Assembly (NCBI GenBank): GCA_001189095.1 | Contig: LFCK01000002.1 | Span: 65,937-129,936 of the forward strand | DNA length: 64,000 nt | Origin: Parcubacteria bacterium C7867-001 | Lineage (GTDB): Bacteria; Patescibacteriota; Minisyncoccia; Phycocordibacterales; Phycocordibacteraceae | Reading direction: 5' to 3' | In this document: positions 28,668 through 37,396 of the stretch, piece by piece | How positions within the stretch are numbered: the first letter of the stretch is position 1 | Layout: each line of letters opens with the position of its first letter | Program-made: the position numbers and the translations under genes | Notes under the pieces: generated by a model | The model's database searches: none | What the model was told of the DNA's origin: nothing | What the model saw: only the letters and a program-made list of their open reading frames with translations

Positions 28668-29000
28668 CTAAATGCCCACCTTCACTTTCCAATTCATTTC
28701 GATTATTGAGACGGTTATGGGGGTGGAGAATCCCGTCTTCTCTCTGAATTCTTTAATTCCCTTTTCAAATACGGCAAGCATCTTTTCTTTGTCTCCTCCA
28801 GGTATGGCGAGTGGCCCAGAGTCCACATACAGTTCGATGAGTGCGGCGCCAACACTGATGTAATTTGGACGCGCATACACGGATTGTTCTTCAAGCGGTC
28901 GCTCCGAAGCTTCTGCGGCCACCGGACACATATGTTCCGCGAGTGCGCGGATTTCTTCTTCACTCACCGACTTTTCGTATTCGATTCGTACGACTGGCAT
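28668..29000 (-). CDS. Hypothetical protein, possibly tautomerase-superfamily-like (N-terminal Met-Pro)
   Basis: 110 aa beginning MPVVRIEY. The assignment is only from the Pro1 N-terminus and size, so it is weak. Confidence 0.35.
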   Translation of the reverse strand: MPVVRIEYEKSVSEEEIRALAEHMCPVAAEASERPLEEQSVYARPNYISVGAALIELYVDSGPLAIPGGDKEKMLAVFEKGIKEFREKTGFSTPITVSIIEMNWKVKVGI

Positions 29001-29023
29001 ACAAGAGATGCTAGCACGCCTCT

Positions 29024-29626
29024 CTATTCAAAACCGAAAAGGCCGCGAGGTCGGTATTGTAGCGCTTCCATCACATGAACCGCGAGCACTTCATCAGAGC
29101 CGGAAAGATCAGCGATGGTGCGCGCGACGCGCATGGTGCGATGGAAGGAACGCGGCGAGAGGTCGAGTTTATTTGCGGCCGTGAGGAGTGTTTGCTTCGC
29201 ATCGTTGGTAAAACCGGATGATTCATCCAGCTCGCGCGGCGAGAGACGCGCATTCGCAGAGTCATTTTTACTGCGCGAACGGGCGCGAGAGCGTGCTTTC
29301 TCAACACGTTCGCGAACAGTATCTGATGCTTCGCCATCAGCGAGCGAGGAGAGCTGGTCGTGCGGAATGTGCGGAACCTCAACCCAGAGATCAAGACGAT
29401 CAGCTATGGGGCGAGAAATTTTGCGCGCCTGCTTCAGTGCTGCCCGCACTGCAACTTCCGAATCCGCGGTAAGCGTGTCAGCTGGATTCATCGCCGCAAC
29501 GATCATGCAGTCTGCGGGAAAGGTGATGCTCGCTTTCGCTCGCGAGACGGTGACCACGCGGTCCTCGAGCGGTTGGCGGAGCGCTTCAAGAGCGCGAATT
29601 TCAAACTCCGGAAATTCGTCGAGGAA
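29024..29626 (-). pseudogene. comM: comM/yifB (Mg-chelatase-like AAA+ competence ATPase) 3' fragment, beginning at the Walker B box
   Basis: Similarity to ComM begins abruptly at FLDEFPEF...[14 protein letters not shown] and continues to the C-terminus. The N-terminal 16 residues of the ORF (TTG start) are element-derived. Confidence 0.8.
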
Positions 29627-29832
29627 AGCCGTCTCGCAAATACTTCCCATAAAGAAAAAAGCCAATAAATACAACGTTTTCTAGCCTTTTTCTCTGATTA
29701 TACTAGTTGTACTTGTTATACAAGTTATAAACATCATACAGAAAACGGCTTATCTAAGCCCTGCTTTGGTGCTTCTTGACAGCAGATTTATGGGAGGTAT
29801 CCTTCTCGGTATTAGCCATAGTAGTTGTTGTT

Positions 29833-30573
29833 ATGACCGAACCTGATAAAAACGTGCGCAAGCCATCACCGACGTACCTGAGCGCACCGCGCCTTGAGAA
29901 GGTGTTCGAACTTATTAGCACCCGTACCTTGAACGAAGTAAGCACGAGTTACTTCGAGCAGTATGGCTTCGGTGGCTCTGATGCTGCCCTAGCCATGGGA
30001 ACTCTCAAGTTCCTCGGCGTACTGGATGAGAACGGGAAGGCCACAGAGAAGATGCGGAGCCTTCAGTTGCGTGGAGAACCGCGTCAGAAAGCACTCCAGG
30101 AGATTCTTAAGGTTGCCTACGCGGATCTCTTCAAGACCATGCCGGAGCCGTTCAACCTCACCTCAGATGAGTTGATTAACGAGTTCATGCATCACTACCG
30201 TCTCAGCCCTCGTGTCGGGAAGCCGGCGGCGGTAGCATTCCTTAAACTTTCCGAGTTCGCTGGATGGAAGGAGCCTACCACTGCTACTCCGCGTAAGCGT
30301 GAAGGAGTTGCGTCAGCGCCGCGTGCTGCAGCGCCTCGTGGTGAAAAGCAGAACAAGGCAAAAGAGACAGACACCCCCATGATTCCGGGAGACGTTGCTT
30401 CGGTAAAACTTGCTGAAGGTAAGGTAGTCCTCTACCTCCCTCAGGAAGTCATGAACCGTGCCGTCCTTGAAGATGATCTCGGAGAAGAGTTCCGCGGGAT
30501 TATGAAATCGTTGAAGGCATTCTGCGAGAAATATATCCCTGCAACTCCAACTACCGAGACTCCTAAAGAGTAA
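29833..30573 (+). CDS. Element cargo protein, hypothetical
   Basis: 247 aa from MTEPDKNVRKP. No recognisable motif. Its GC is higher than the rest of the element. Confidence 0.5.
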   Translation: MTEPDKNVRKPSPTYLSAPRLEKVFELISTRTLNEVSTSYFEQYGFGGSDAALAMGTLKFLGVLDENGKATEKMRSLQLRGEPRQKALQEILKVAYADLFKTMPEPFNLTSDELINEFMHHYRLSPRVGKPAAVAFLKLSEFAGWKEPTTATPRKREGVASAPRAAAPRGEKQNKAKETDTPMIPGDVASVKLAEGKVVLYLPQEVMNRAVLEDDLGEEFRGIMKSLKAFCEKYIPATPTTETPKE

Positions 30574-30811
30574 ACGAAACGGCTCCCACAATGTGGAAGC
30601 CGCCTCGAGTAGTTGTTGTTTCACCCCTAACGGGGTGAGCAGTGGGCCGAGTTCAAGCGAAGGTCTCGTCTCCAAAACTGGGCCCGGGGTGCAATTCCCC
30701 CTCGGTCCACCGCTCACCTCACTAGGCACATATCTATTGTACTCAAGCCAAAAGTCCGCAAGCAAAGAGCCTGTGGACTGTCGGTTTGTTATTAGCAATC
30801 TACCCCATAAC

Positions 30812-32566
30812 TTACTTCATTTCAAATGACGTTGAAGTTAAGGACTTAGGATTTATTTTTCTCATTCTCAGTCTTCCCTCCTCATACGGAAGAGTCTTTA
30901 TGTTGAGGAACAGAGGTATGTTCTTCTGTGGAACATCTATCTGAGTTCCAGAAACTATTGTGCTAGTGGGAAACTTAAATACTACTTCTGCATAGTTATG
31001 CTTCGCATATAGGGTGATTCTCTCGACGAAGAGATGAAGAATATTTTTCTTATCTTCGTATGTGGCATTCTCCAATCGAGTGCTGACTCTTGAACAGAGA
31101 GAACGTAGAACCTGTTCGCGGTTGCCTTCGTCTTCTTTTGTTAGAAGACCCTGTTTGAGTTTCACAATCTCCCTCTCCAGTTGGTCTCGTTCTTGCCGGA
31201 AGGTGTTGTCATGCTTCTTCATGTCGTTGATATCTCCGAACTGGTCATCGAGGTAGAGGGTGATAAGTCGCTTCTGCTTGCCCTCAACAACCTCTATTTC
31301 CTTTTCACGGGCTCTTATTTTCCTTTCAATGGTGTCCTTATCCTCTTCCTTGTACCGATATCTACGGAGGGGATCATGGAGATTCTCAGGGTTCTGAAGA
31401 ATTTCCTTCAAGGTGTCCCAGATTGGAAGTAGTCTCGACTCTGCATACTGGTCACACCTTTCGCATCTCTTTGTGTTCCCTAGCGCGTTCTTCCCTCGAT
31501 AGATTCCGTTGTAGTACTTACCACTCGACTCGTCCCCATCTTTCCGACGAGGAGTCTGGTACCCACTGAACAACTTGAAGTTGCAGTACCCACAATAGAG
31601 AAGTTTTACGAACATGTACGAACGACGGGTATTCCTTTCCGAATCCTCCCTATTCTTGAGGAGTTGCTTCTTGGCCGCCTCAAACATCTCTGAGGTAATG
31701 ATTGCTGGAGCATCAAATGGAATCCAGTCCTTCTCTGGTCTCAGAAGTTTCGGGTCAATGAGACTCGTAAGGTTGTTGTACGGTCTCTTGTACTTACGAA
31801 AGTACGCTCTACCCGCATATATCTCATTTGTGAGAATTCGACCTATTGACCTCGCGTACCAGTGATTGCTCGTCACCCTCTTCCTTATCGTTTTATGCTT
31901 AGGTGCAGGCAGGTTCATTGAGTTAGCCCGGCGCTCCATTTCATGTAGGCTCAATCGTTCGTAAACGAGCCACTGGAAGAACTGACTTACCACTTCTGCT
32001 TCCCGTTCGATGATTTCCAGTTTCTTTGTTTGCTTCACGATGGTGTATCCGTAAGGAGGAAGTCCTGTCACCCACTTCCCGTCTTTCGCAGCACGAATAC
32101 GTCCGTTGTATGTTCGTTCCCTGATGACCATACGTTCGAAATCTGCGAACAGGTCAGTCATCTTCGTCATCGTGCTTCCCATCGGAGTTGCTTGGTCGAA
32201 CGGTTCTGCAACCGACTCCAGAGGAATCCCTATCTTTCGCAGTTCTCTTCTGATGAGGACTGCGACTTCGAGGTCTCTAGCGATTCGGTCTTGTTTCGCG
32301 ACCACTACCACGTCTATCTCTTTGTTGAGAGCAACGCGATACAACTCAGAGAATGCTGGTCTGTCCTGGAATTCAAGGCCGCCTGAGTATCCGTCATCCA
32401 CGAAAACATGCTCCTCATTCAAAGCGTATCCCCTATCCTCACAATATTTTCGTGTGTGGTCTTCCTGTACCTTGAGTCCGTAATGACCCTCCTTTGCCTG
32501 CTCGTCTGTCGAGACTCGAAGGTAGATTGCTGCTCTCTTGTATTTGGTAATTATTGCGTCTTCCAT
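30812..32566 (-). CDS. Large serine recombinase (integrase)
   Basis: N-terminal resolvase catalytic domain AIYLRVSTDEQ (Ser nucleophile). A ~580-aa protein with a Cys-rich zinc-ribbon region (CGYCNFK...CERC) and a coiled coil, as in phage/ICE large serine integrases. Confidence 0.88.
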   Translation of the reverse strand: MEDAIITKYKRAAIYLRVSTDEQAKEGHYGLKVQEDHTRKYCEDRGYALNEEHVFVDDGYSGGLEFQDRPAFSELYRVALNKEIDVVVVAKQDRIARDLEVAVLIRRELRKIGIPLESVAEPFDQATPMGSTMTKMTDLFADFERMVIRERTYNGRIRAAKDGKWVTGLPPYGYTIVKQTKKLEIIEREAEVVSQFFQWLVYERLSLHEMERRANSMNLPAPKHKTIRKRVTSNHWYARSIGRILTNEIYAGRAYFRKYKRPYNNLTSLIDPKLLRPEKDWIPFDAPAIITSEMFEAAKKQLLKNREDSERNTRRSYMFVKLLYCGYCNFKLFSGYQTPRRKDGDESSGKYYNGIYRGKNALGNTKRCERCDQYAESRLLPIWDTLKEILQNPENLHDPLRRYRYKEEDKDTIERKIRAREKEIEVVEGKQKRLITLYLDDQFGDINDMKKHDNTFRQERDQLEREIVKLKQGLLTKEDEGNREQVLRSLCSRVSTRLENATYEDKKNILHLFVERITLYAKHNYAEVVFKFPTSTIVSGTQIDVPQKNIPLFLNIKTLPYEEGRLRMRKINPKSLTSTSFEMK

Positions 32567-32736
32567 AACTTGTAGTACTGCTTACGGAACTTAAGCAACT
32601 CGTTTGCATCCATCTGTTCGAGAGGACTGGTAGTGATCATCACTAGTGTCCTTACCAGTTCCTCCCGTGACATGGATTCAATCTGTTGAATCGTATCCGC
32701 AATAACGTAGTCTCTTAGATCCTCGACGCTATTCAT
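32551..32736 (-). CDS. Small protein immediately upstream of and overlapping the recombinase start; possible recombination directionality factor
   Basis: 61-aa ORF. 16-nt overlap with the integrase suggests translational coupling. Function inferred from position only. Confidence 0.35.
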   Translation of the reverse strand: MNSVEDLRDYVIADTIQQIESMSREELVRTLVMITTSPLEQMDANELLKFRKQYYKLWKTQ

Positions 32737-32997
32737 TGCATGACAGCTATTTCCATATAATCGCGATGGTATATAGCGTGCTGGCGATGTAAACGATAGT
32801 TGTTAACATTTCTGGCTCCAGAATTCCTCTCTCACATAGGAACTCGTTTCTCCAGAAACGAGGGTATTGTTAAGTTGTTTACTGTCTATTGGGTTGTCTA
32901 TTGTGTTGTTCTCAATGAACACACTCCCCTACTCAAGACGAACACTCTGTATTTCCAGAACGAATATAGACGTGTTCGTTTTGAAACGACCTCTCGA

Positions 32998-33363
32998 CTA
33001 TTTTCCAGTCAGGAAGAACTTACTCGTGGAATTCTTGTGTCTCTCGACGATGATGAATCCCTTCTCTTCCAGTCCTGTGATAGCCCTCCTGACCTGTGAG
33101 ATTGAAAGCCCTGTCCCGTGATTCTTCTCTCCCACTCCGTTAACGAATTGACTGAGTGAAATCCAGTCAGACGACTTCCTGAATCCGAAAGTCTGTCTCA
33201 GGATGAAGTCGAGAACCTTCTGCTCGGAACCGGAGAGGTAGTACCAGTGTTCTTCGAGTTCGTTCGGGTACTTCCAGAAATCACTGTGATAGTTATCCTT
33301 GAACCCCTCGAACTCGTCGTGTCCCTTGAATCTATCTGCCCTAGAACGGGACATCTTCGTCAT
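32998..33363 (-). CDS. Putative winged-helix DNA-binding protein (replication/regulatory)
   Basis: 121 aa. YYLSGSEQKVLDFILRQTFG...ISQVRRAITGLEEKGFIIVER resembles wHTH replication-organiser/regulator folds. Confidence 0.4.
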   Translation of the reverse strand: MTKMSRSRADRFKGHDEFEGFKDNYHSDFWKYPNELEEHWYYLSGSEQKVLDFILRQTFGFRKSSDWISLSQFVNGVGEKNHGTGLSISQVRRAITGLEEKGFIIVERHKNSTSKFFLTGK

Positions 33364-33583
33364 CGTCAGTTTCTTCGACCTCCTCGTCTTCCTCCTCGAT
33401 TGGAACGTATACGTTGTTTCTCCAAATATCGAATCTCCAAGCCTTCGGAGTCCCGTATCTACCCTCCATTATCTGGTCGTAGTAAGTAGGATTAGCCTTC
33501 TCTAGTCTCTCCATTCTCCCCTGAAGCCACTCGTCGTACTCTGCTCGTTGACCTTTCGGTACCAGGTACTGATTGCTGCTCAT
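33341..33583 (-). CDS. Small hypothetical protein with an acidic C-terminus
   Basis: 81 aa from MSSNQYLVPKGQ. It overlaps the alternative-frame ORF 33492..33713, and which of the two is real is unresolved. Confidence 0.3.
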   Translation of the reverse strand: MSSNQYLVPKGQRAEYDEWLQGRMERLEKANPTYYDQIMEGRYGTPKAWRFDIWRNNVYVPIEEEDEEVEETDDDEDVPF

Positions 33584-33713
33584 AATCTTCTTTATTAGCC
33601 TTATAAACTGGCTCAACCTCCACGGCCAGTATCGTGTCGAAGAATTGCCGCCACATGTCAGCACGCTCGCTTTCGACAAGCATCGCGCCACCTGTTTCGG
33701 AAAACTCTTTCAT
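33492..33713 (-). CDS. Small hypothetical protein in an alternative frame
   Basis: The first ~47 aa look protein-like (MKEFSETGGAMLVESERADMWRQFFDTILAVEVEPVYKANKEDYEQQ). The remainder looks out-of-frame. A frameshift is possible. Confidence 0.25.
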   Translation of the reverse strand: MKEFSETGGAMLVESERADMWRQFFDTILAVEVEPVYKANKEDYEQQSVPGTERSTSRVRRVASGENGETREG

Positions 33714-33916
33714 AACATCAGCCTACCAAGCACTGACTTGACGGTATAGATAAAAAATGTCCCTATAGTTCCAAAAACATGGAACATTAGTTATCGAAAA
33801 AACGGCTTAAAACAAAAACGCCACGCTATCCACATGGTTTCGATGAAAGATATATAAAACCACCTACCTTACCCCTCTCGTGTAGTGGAGAGGAACGTGG
33901 GAACCCACACGAACCC

Positions 33917-34345
33917 TTATATCCCCTGCTTCTTGTATATCGTCTCCCCGTCGATGCTTATCGCGTAAATATCGAGTTGGTCTCCCACATACTCAAACAT
34001 TACAGACCAGTCGCTACGGATCATTGCACCAAAACTGTTTTGAGAGTCCACATAGGATTCCACGTTGAAAATATTCTCCCCAGCACGACTTATCTTCGCT
34101 TCAGATGATGATGGAAACTTCGCTGTCGAGGGAGACTTGAGTGCTTTCTTTACGATTGCCTGAGCATCTATGTAGGCATCTACATCCGAGTTTTCTTCCG
34201 ATTTCTGTTGCACTGGACTCGAAGTGACGGGACTAGGAGTTGAGTTCAGCATCTGCGAAGCAACCACGCAGAGGATTATAACGACCACGACCCCTAAGAT
34301 CCCCTCTTTCTTGGTGAAACCCTTCCCTGCTGGTTTGGTATCCAT
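33917..34345 (-). CDS. Membrane-anchored exported protein; possible exclusion/immunity-type cargo
   Basis: Start at MDTKPAGKGF, one TM helix and an extracytoplasmic beta-rich domain. Divergent from the XRE repressor. Confidence 0.45.
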   Translation of the reverse strand: MDTKPAGKGFTKKEGILGVVVVIILCVVASQMLNSTPSPVTSSPVQQKSEENSDVDAYIDAQAIVKKALKSPSTAKFPSSSEAKISRAGENIFNVESYVDSQNSFGAMIRSDWSVMFEYVGDQLDIYAISIDGETIYKKQGI

Positions 34346-34361
34346 GTAGAAGAATATATAA

Positions 34362-34382
34362 CAATATCCAGAATTTGGATAT
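34362..34382. promoter_or_regulatory. Palindromic operator candidate AATATCCA-gaatt-TGGATATT
   Basis: 8-bp perfect inverted arms with a 5-bp spacer in the 64-bp divergent intergenic region. An extra TGGATA half-site follows. Confidence 0.45.
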
Positions 34383-34409
34383 TGACTTCTTGGATACACC
34401 CTTTAGGGT

Positions 34410-34631
34410 ATGAAGAAGTCAGTTCACACCAAGGAGTATGCCGTCTTTGTAGACCGGCTCAAGAACGCTCGTTTGGAATCAGGACTGACTCAGGCTCAGG
34501 TGGCCAAAAAGATAGGCCGTCCCCAGTCTCACGTCTCTAATGTGGAGTCCGGTCAGCAGCGCGTGGATGTTATAGAGTTAAAACGTTTCGCCTCAATTTA
34601 CCGAAAAGATATAAATTACTTTTTAAAATGA
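34410..34631 (+). CDS. XRE-family (Cro/CI-type) HTH transcriptional regulator
   Basis: LTQAQVAKKIGRPQSHVSNVESGQQ is a canonical HTH_XRE helix-turn-helix. 73 aa. Confidence 0.8.
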   Translation: MKKSVHTKEYAVFVDRLKNARLESGLTQAQVAKKIGRPQSHVSNVESGQQRVDVIELKRFASIYRKDINYFLK

Positions 34632-35080
34632 CCATAGAGAAGTATAAGAATGTTGCTATAGGAACTCTTGCCTTACTTTTGCTTACCTCTCTGTACTTCA
34701 ACTTCGAAAATCGAACCACTTCTGCTACAGAAAAAGTAGCCACGGTTTCTCAAGATGAGTTATTTCAAAAGAAACAAGAATGTCAGGGATATCAAACCAG
34801 TATTGAAGCAAAACTAAAGACTCTAGATTTCTATAACCCGGATACCAATTACCAGACGACTCATTTCCTCAAGGAAATCTTCTTCAGCCCCAAAGCAAAT
34901 ACTTGTCTCTACATCGAACAGGAGTGGGGACTTCAAAACAACAAACTAGTTGATGAGATTTACACATTAAACGATGCTCTCACGGGAGAAATACTAACCA
35001 GTTCTATTCAAGACAAAACGAACTCAAACTATCTTCAGCAGAAACAGGGGTTTGAGGACTTTGTAAGTGAATATAAGTAA
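34628..35080 (+). CDS. Hypothetical exported/membrane protein (element cargo)
   Basis: N-terminal TM helix, low GC, 4-nt overlap with the XRE gene. Confidence 0.45.
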   Translation: MTIEKYKNVAIGTLALLLLTSLYFNFENRTTSATEKVATVSQDELFQKKQECQGYQTSIEAKLKTLDFYNPDTNYQTTHFLKEIFFSPKANTCLYIEQEWGLQNNKLVDEIYTLNDALTGEILTSSIQDKTNSNYLQQKQGFEDFVSEYK

Positions 35081-35315
35081 TATGACTCGCCGCGAAAAGA
35101 TTCTTTCCTTAGTCGTAGTTGTTCTGTCAGTTCTTCTCGTCTGGTTCGGTACTACAATCGTTCGTTTAGAGAACTATCACTACGCTGTAGAGGTGGGGAT
35201 GTGTGGTCTAGAGACAGGCTCACTGGATGAGGCAGTCGAACGACAAGAGTGTTTAAACACGACAGAGACAAGAACTAGTCCTTTCTGGCATATCTGGTAC
35301 GCACTGGCCAACTAA
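35067..35315 (+). CDS. Small membrane protein (element cargo)
   Basis: 82 aa with one TM helix. Overlaps the upstream gene. Confidence 0.4.
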   Translation: MNISNMTRREKILSLVVVVLSVLLVWFGTTIVRLENYHYAVEVGMCGLETGSLDEAVERQECLNTTETRTSPFWHIWYALAN

Positions 35316-35318
35316 ACT

Positions 35319-35549
35319 TTAGCGAAGTTCACTTCTGTTGAACTTATCGAGAAACACTCTCAAGTTCTCTCCTTTAACGCGGTAACGAGTACCATTCCCC
35401 TTCCCTAAGACCTTGGGTTTGAGTATTAGAGAGTATCTGGGGTGTTTCATGTAGTTCACCACAGACTGGTAAGTGGTGATCCAGGAGAATATCTTCTCCT
35501 TGTAGATGCGATTCGCGCTGTACCAATCGTCGTGTCTTATCTTCGTCAT
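35319..35549 (-). CDS. Excisionase-family HTH protein (Xis-like)
   Basis: 76 aa. LGKGNGTRYRVKGENLRVFL fits the excisionase/MerR-like HTH pattern (G..YR...e.L..FL). It is the last gene before the att junction. Confidence 0.45.
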   Translation of the reverse strand: MTKIRHDDWYSANRIYKEKIFSWITTYQSVVNYMKHPRYSLILKPKVLGKGNGTRYRVKGENLRVFLDKFNRSELR

Positions 35550-35716
35550 TCCTTGATGATACCAGTCCTCATTTAGAGACGGCTCTCAAAACTCTCGTCC
35601 CACAAATTGTGAGTTGGCTCACATAAAAGGCCTCTCACAAATAAAAACAGTTAAAGTCCCCCATGCGCGTGCGCGGGAAAATAGGGACTCGGAACACTGC
35701 TTTGTAAGACCAGTCT

Positions 35717-36667
35717 TAGGAAGAGAACGCCTTTGTGCGCCAGCGTCACCTCCCCTGCTCGTGGATACGTTCCTCCGCCGACGATCGCAGTGTGCGAGGT
35801 TGTGTGGTGCGGCGAACGAAACGGCGGGTAGAGAATCGCTTCTCCTGCAGGAAGCGTTCCTGCGGTCGAGTGTATCGCAGTGACTTCAAGTACTTCATCT
35901 TGTGTTAAAGGCGGAAGAATTCCAGACAGAGCTTTTGCGAGCATGGTCTTCCCTGTTCCCGGAGGGCCATAGAGCACCAGATTGTGTCGGCCAGCGGCCG
36001 CAATCTCAAGTGCGCGCTTCGCGCTCTCTTGGCCTTTGATGTCCGCAAGATTCACCGAAGGAGCTGTGCGTTCTGAAGAGATGTCACCAGTTAGCGGCTC
36101 AAGCGGCTTTGTTCCCGAAAGATGCACGACGACGTCTGCGAGTGATGTCGGCGCGTAGATGGTCATTCCGTGCGCGAGCAGCGCTTCACGTGCATTAGCG
36201 GGTGGAACGAAGACGGTCGTAATGCCTGCGCGTTTTGCTGCAACCACTTGTGGCAACACTCCGCGAACAGCGCGAAGAGTTCCGTCGAGTGCGAGCTCTC
36301 CCGCGTAGAGTGCCGCGTCTTCAGGAAGTTCGATGTCTCCTGCCGCAGCGAGATAGCAGAGCGCAAGTGGAAGATCGTAATGCGAACCCTCCTTCTTGAG
36401 GTCAGCAGGGGAAAGTGAAAGAACAATACGGCGATTCGTTGCTTTCGGCGATTTAAATCCCGCGTGACGAATTGCCGCGGCGATGCGGTCGCGCGCTTCC
36501 TCAACTGCCTTGTCCGCAAGACCAACAACAGAAAACGCGTGGAGACCACGCGTTAGATCCGCCTCAATCGTAACGAGTTCAGCTCCCGCCCCAACGGGCT
36601 GCGCTGCACCGAGTTTTGCATACCCGCCGGTGTCCTTCTTTTTCTTCGCTGCTGCCTCGTCAGCCAT
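35717..36667 (-). pseudogene. comM: comM/yifB 5' fragment (N-terminal domain plus Walker A), truncated at the Walker B box by the insertion
   Basis: GLADKAV...YGPPGTGKTMLAKA...AHKGVLFL matches ComM. The reading frame then runs 21 element-encoded codons to a stop. Confidence 0.8.
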
Positions 36668-36736
36668 GTGGTTTCTATAGTAGTACGAACAAACCCCCGA
36701 TGCACACGAGTGCATCGGGGGTTTGAACCAGGAGAG

Positions 36737-37384
36737 TTACGCAGCTACCGGAGCTGGCGCAGGAGCCGAAGCGGTGCCTCCTACGAGCGAGCGGTACATA
36801 TGCACGACCGCGAAGATCGAGACCGGAACAGACACGAACATACCTATTCCTAGCGCGATGAGACCAAGAAGGTTTACACCGACGATGGCAAGAAGGAAGC
36901 CGAGAAGCTTCCAGCGCTTCCCTTTCGTAAGGCGCGCGCTTTCCTTGACTGCAGCGATAGGGTTAAGACCTTTATCAACGACGAGGTACTGGGCGAACAT
37001 GATTGCGAGCGAGGCGATGATGCCCGGAATGATGAGCAGGATGAAACCGATGAGGACGATGATGACTGCGAGCACATTCACGCCGAGGTACTTCCAGAAC
37101 GGCTTGGGATTCCACAGGTCTTTGAGCTTCACCGAAGAAACCGAGTCATGCGCTTTGAGGTACAGCGAGATGACGCCCATGCCGATAAAGATATTGAGTG
37201 CCGCTGAAATGACGAAGGAAACAACCGGACCGATAGTCTTCCCAAGCATTGCGACGACGATTCCCTGCACGATGCCGATAGCGAATGCGGCAAGCATGAC
37301 GACGAACGGTACGAGCACGAAGAACCACGGACGTGCCTTGAAGGTCTTCCATCCGAACGAAATTGCTTCTTTGATTGAAATCAT
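36737..37384 (-). CDS. Polytopic membrane protein (DUF975-like)
   Basis: 215 aa with ~6 TM helices and an Ala/Pro-rich C-terminal tail. Confidence 0.5.
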   Translation of the reverse strand: MISIKEAISFGWKTFKARPWFFVLVPFVVMLAAFAIGIVQGIVVAMLGKTIGPVVSFVISAALNIFIGMGVISLYLKAHDSVSSVKLKDLWNPKPFWKYLGVNVLAVIIVLIGFILLIIPGIIASLAIMFAQYLVVDKGLNPIAAVKESARLTKGKRWKLLGFLLAIVGVNLLGLIALGIGMFVSVPVSIFAVVHMYRSLVGGTASAPAPAPVAA

Positions 37385-37396
37385 GGTGATGAATTA

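Larger units (their letters stand above)
29627..35716. mobile_element. ~6.1-kb integrative element (serine-recombinase type) inserted in comM
   Basis: The comM halves on either side abut exactly (GVLFL | FLDEFPEF). The interior is AT-rich relative to its flanks. It encodes a large serine recombinase, an Xis-like HTH protein, an XRE repressor and small cargo genes. An AGGAA/TTCCT core is at both junctions. Confidence 0.8.

Noticed and set aside
30574-30811. tRNA or tmRNA-like structured RNA inside the element (GGGG-TGCAATT-CCCC and CACCCC-TAAC-GGGGTG hairpins)
   Set aside because: The loops lack T-loop consensus and no acceptor stem could be paired. This is most likely convergent terminators for the cargo gene and the recombinase.
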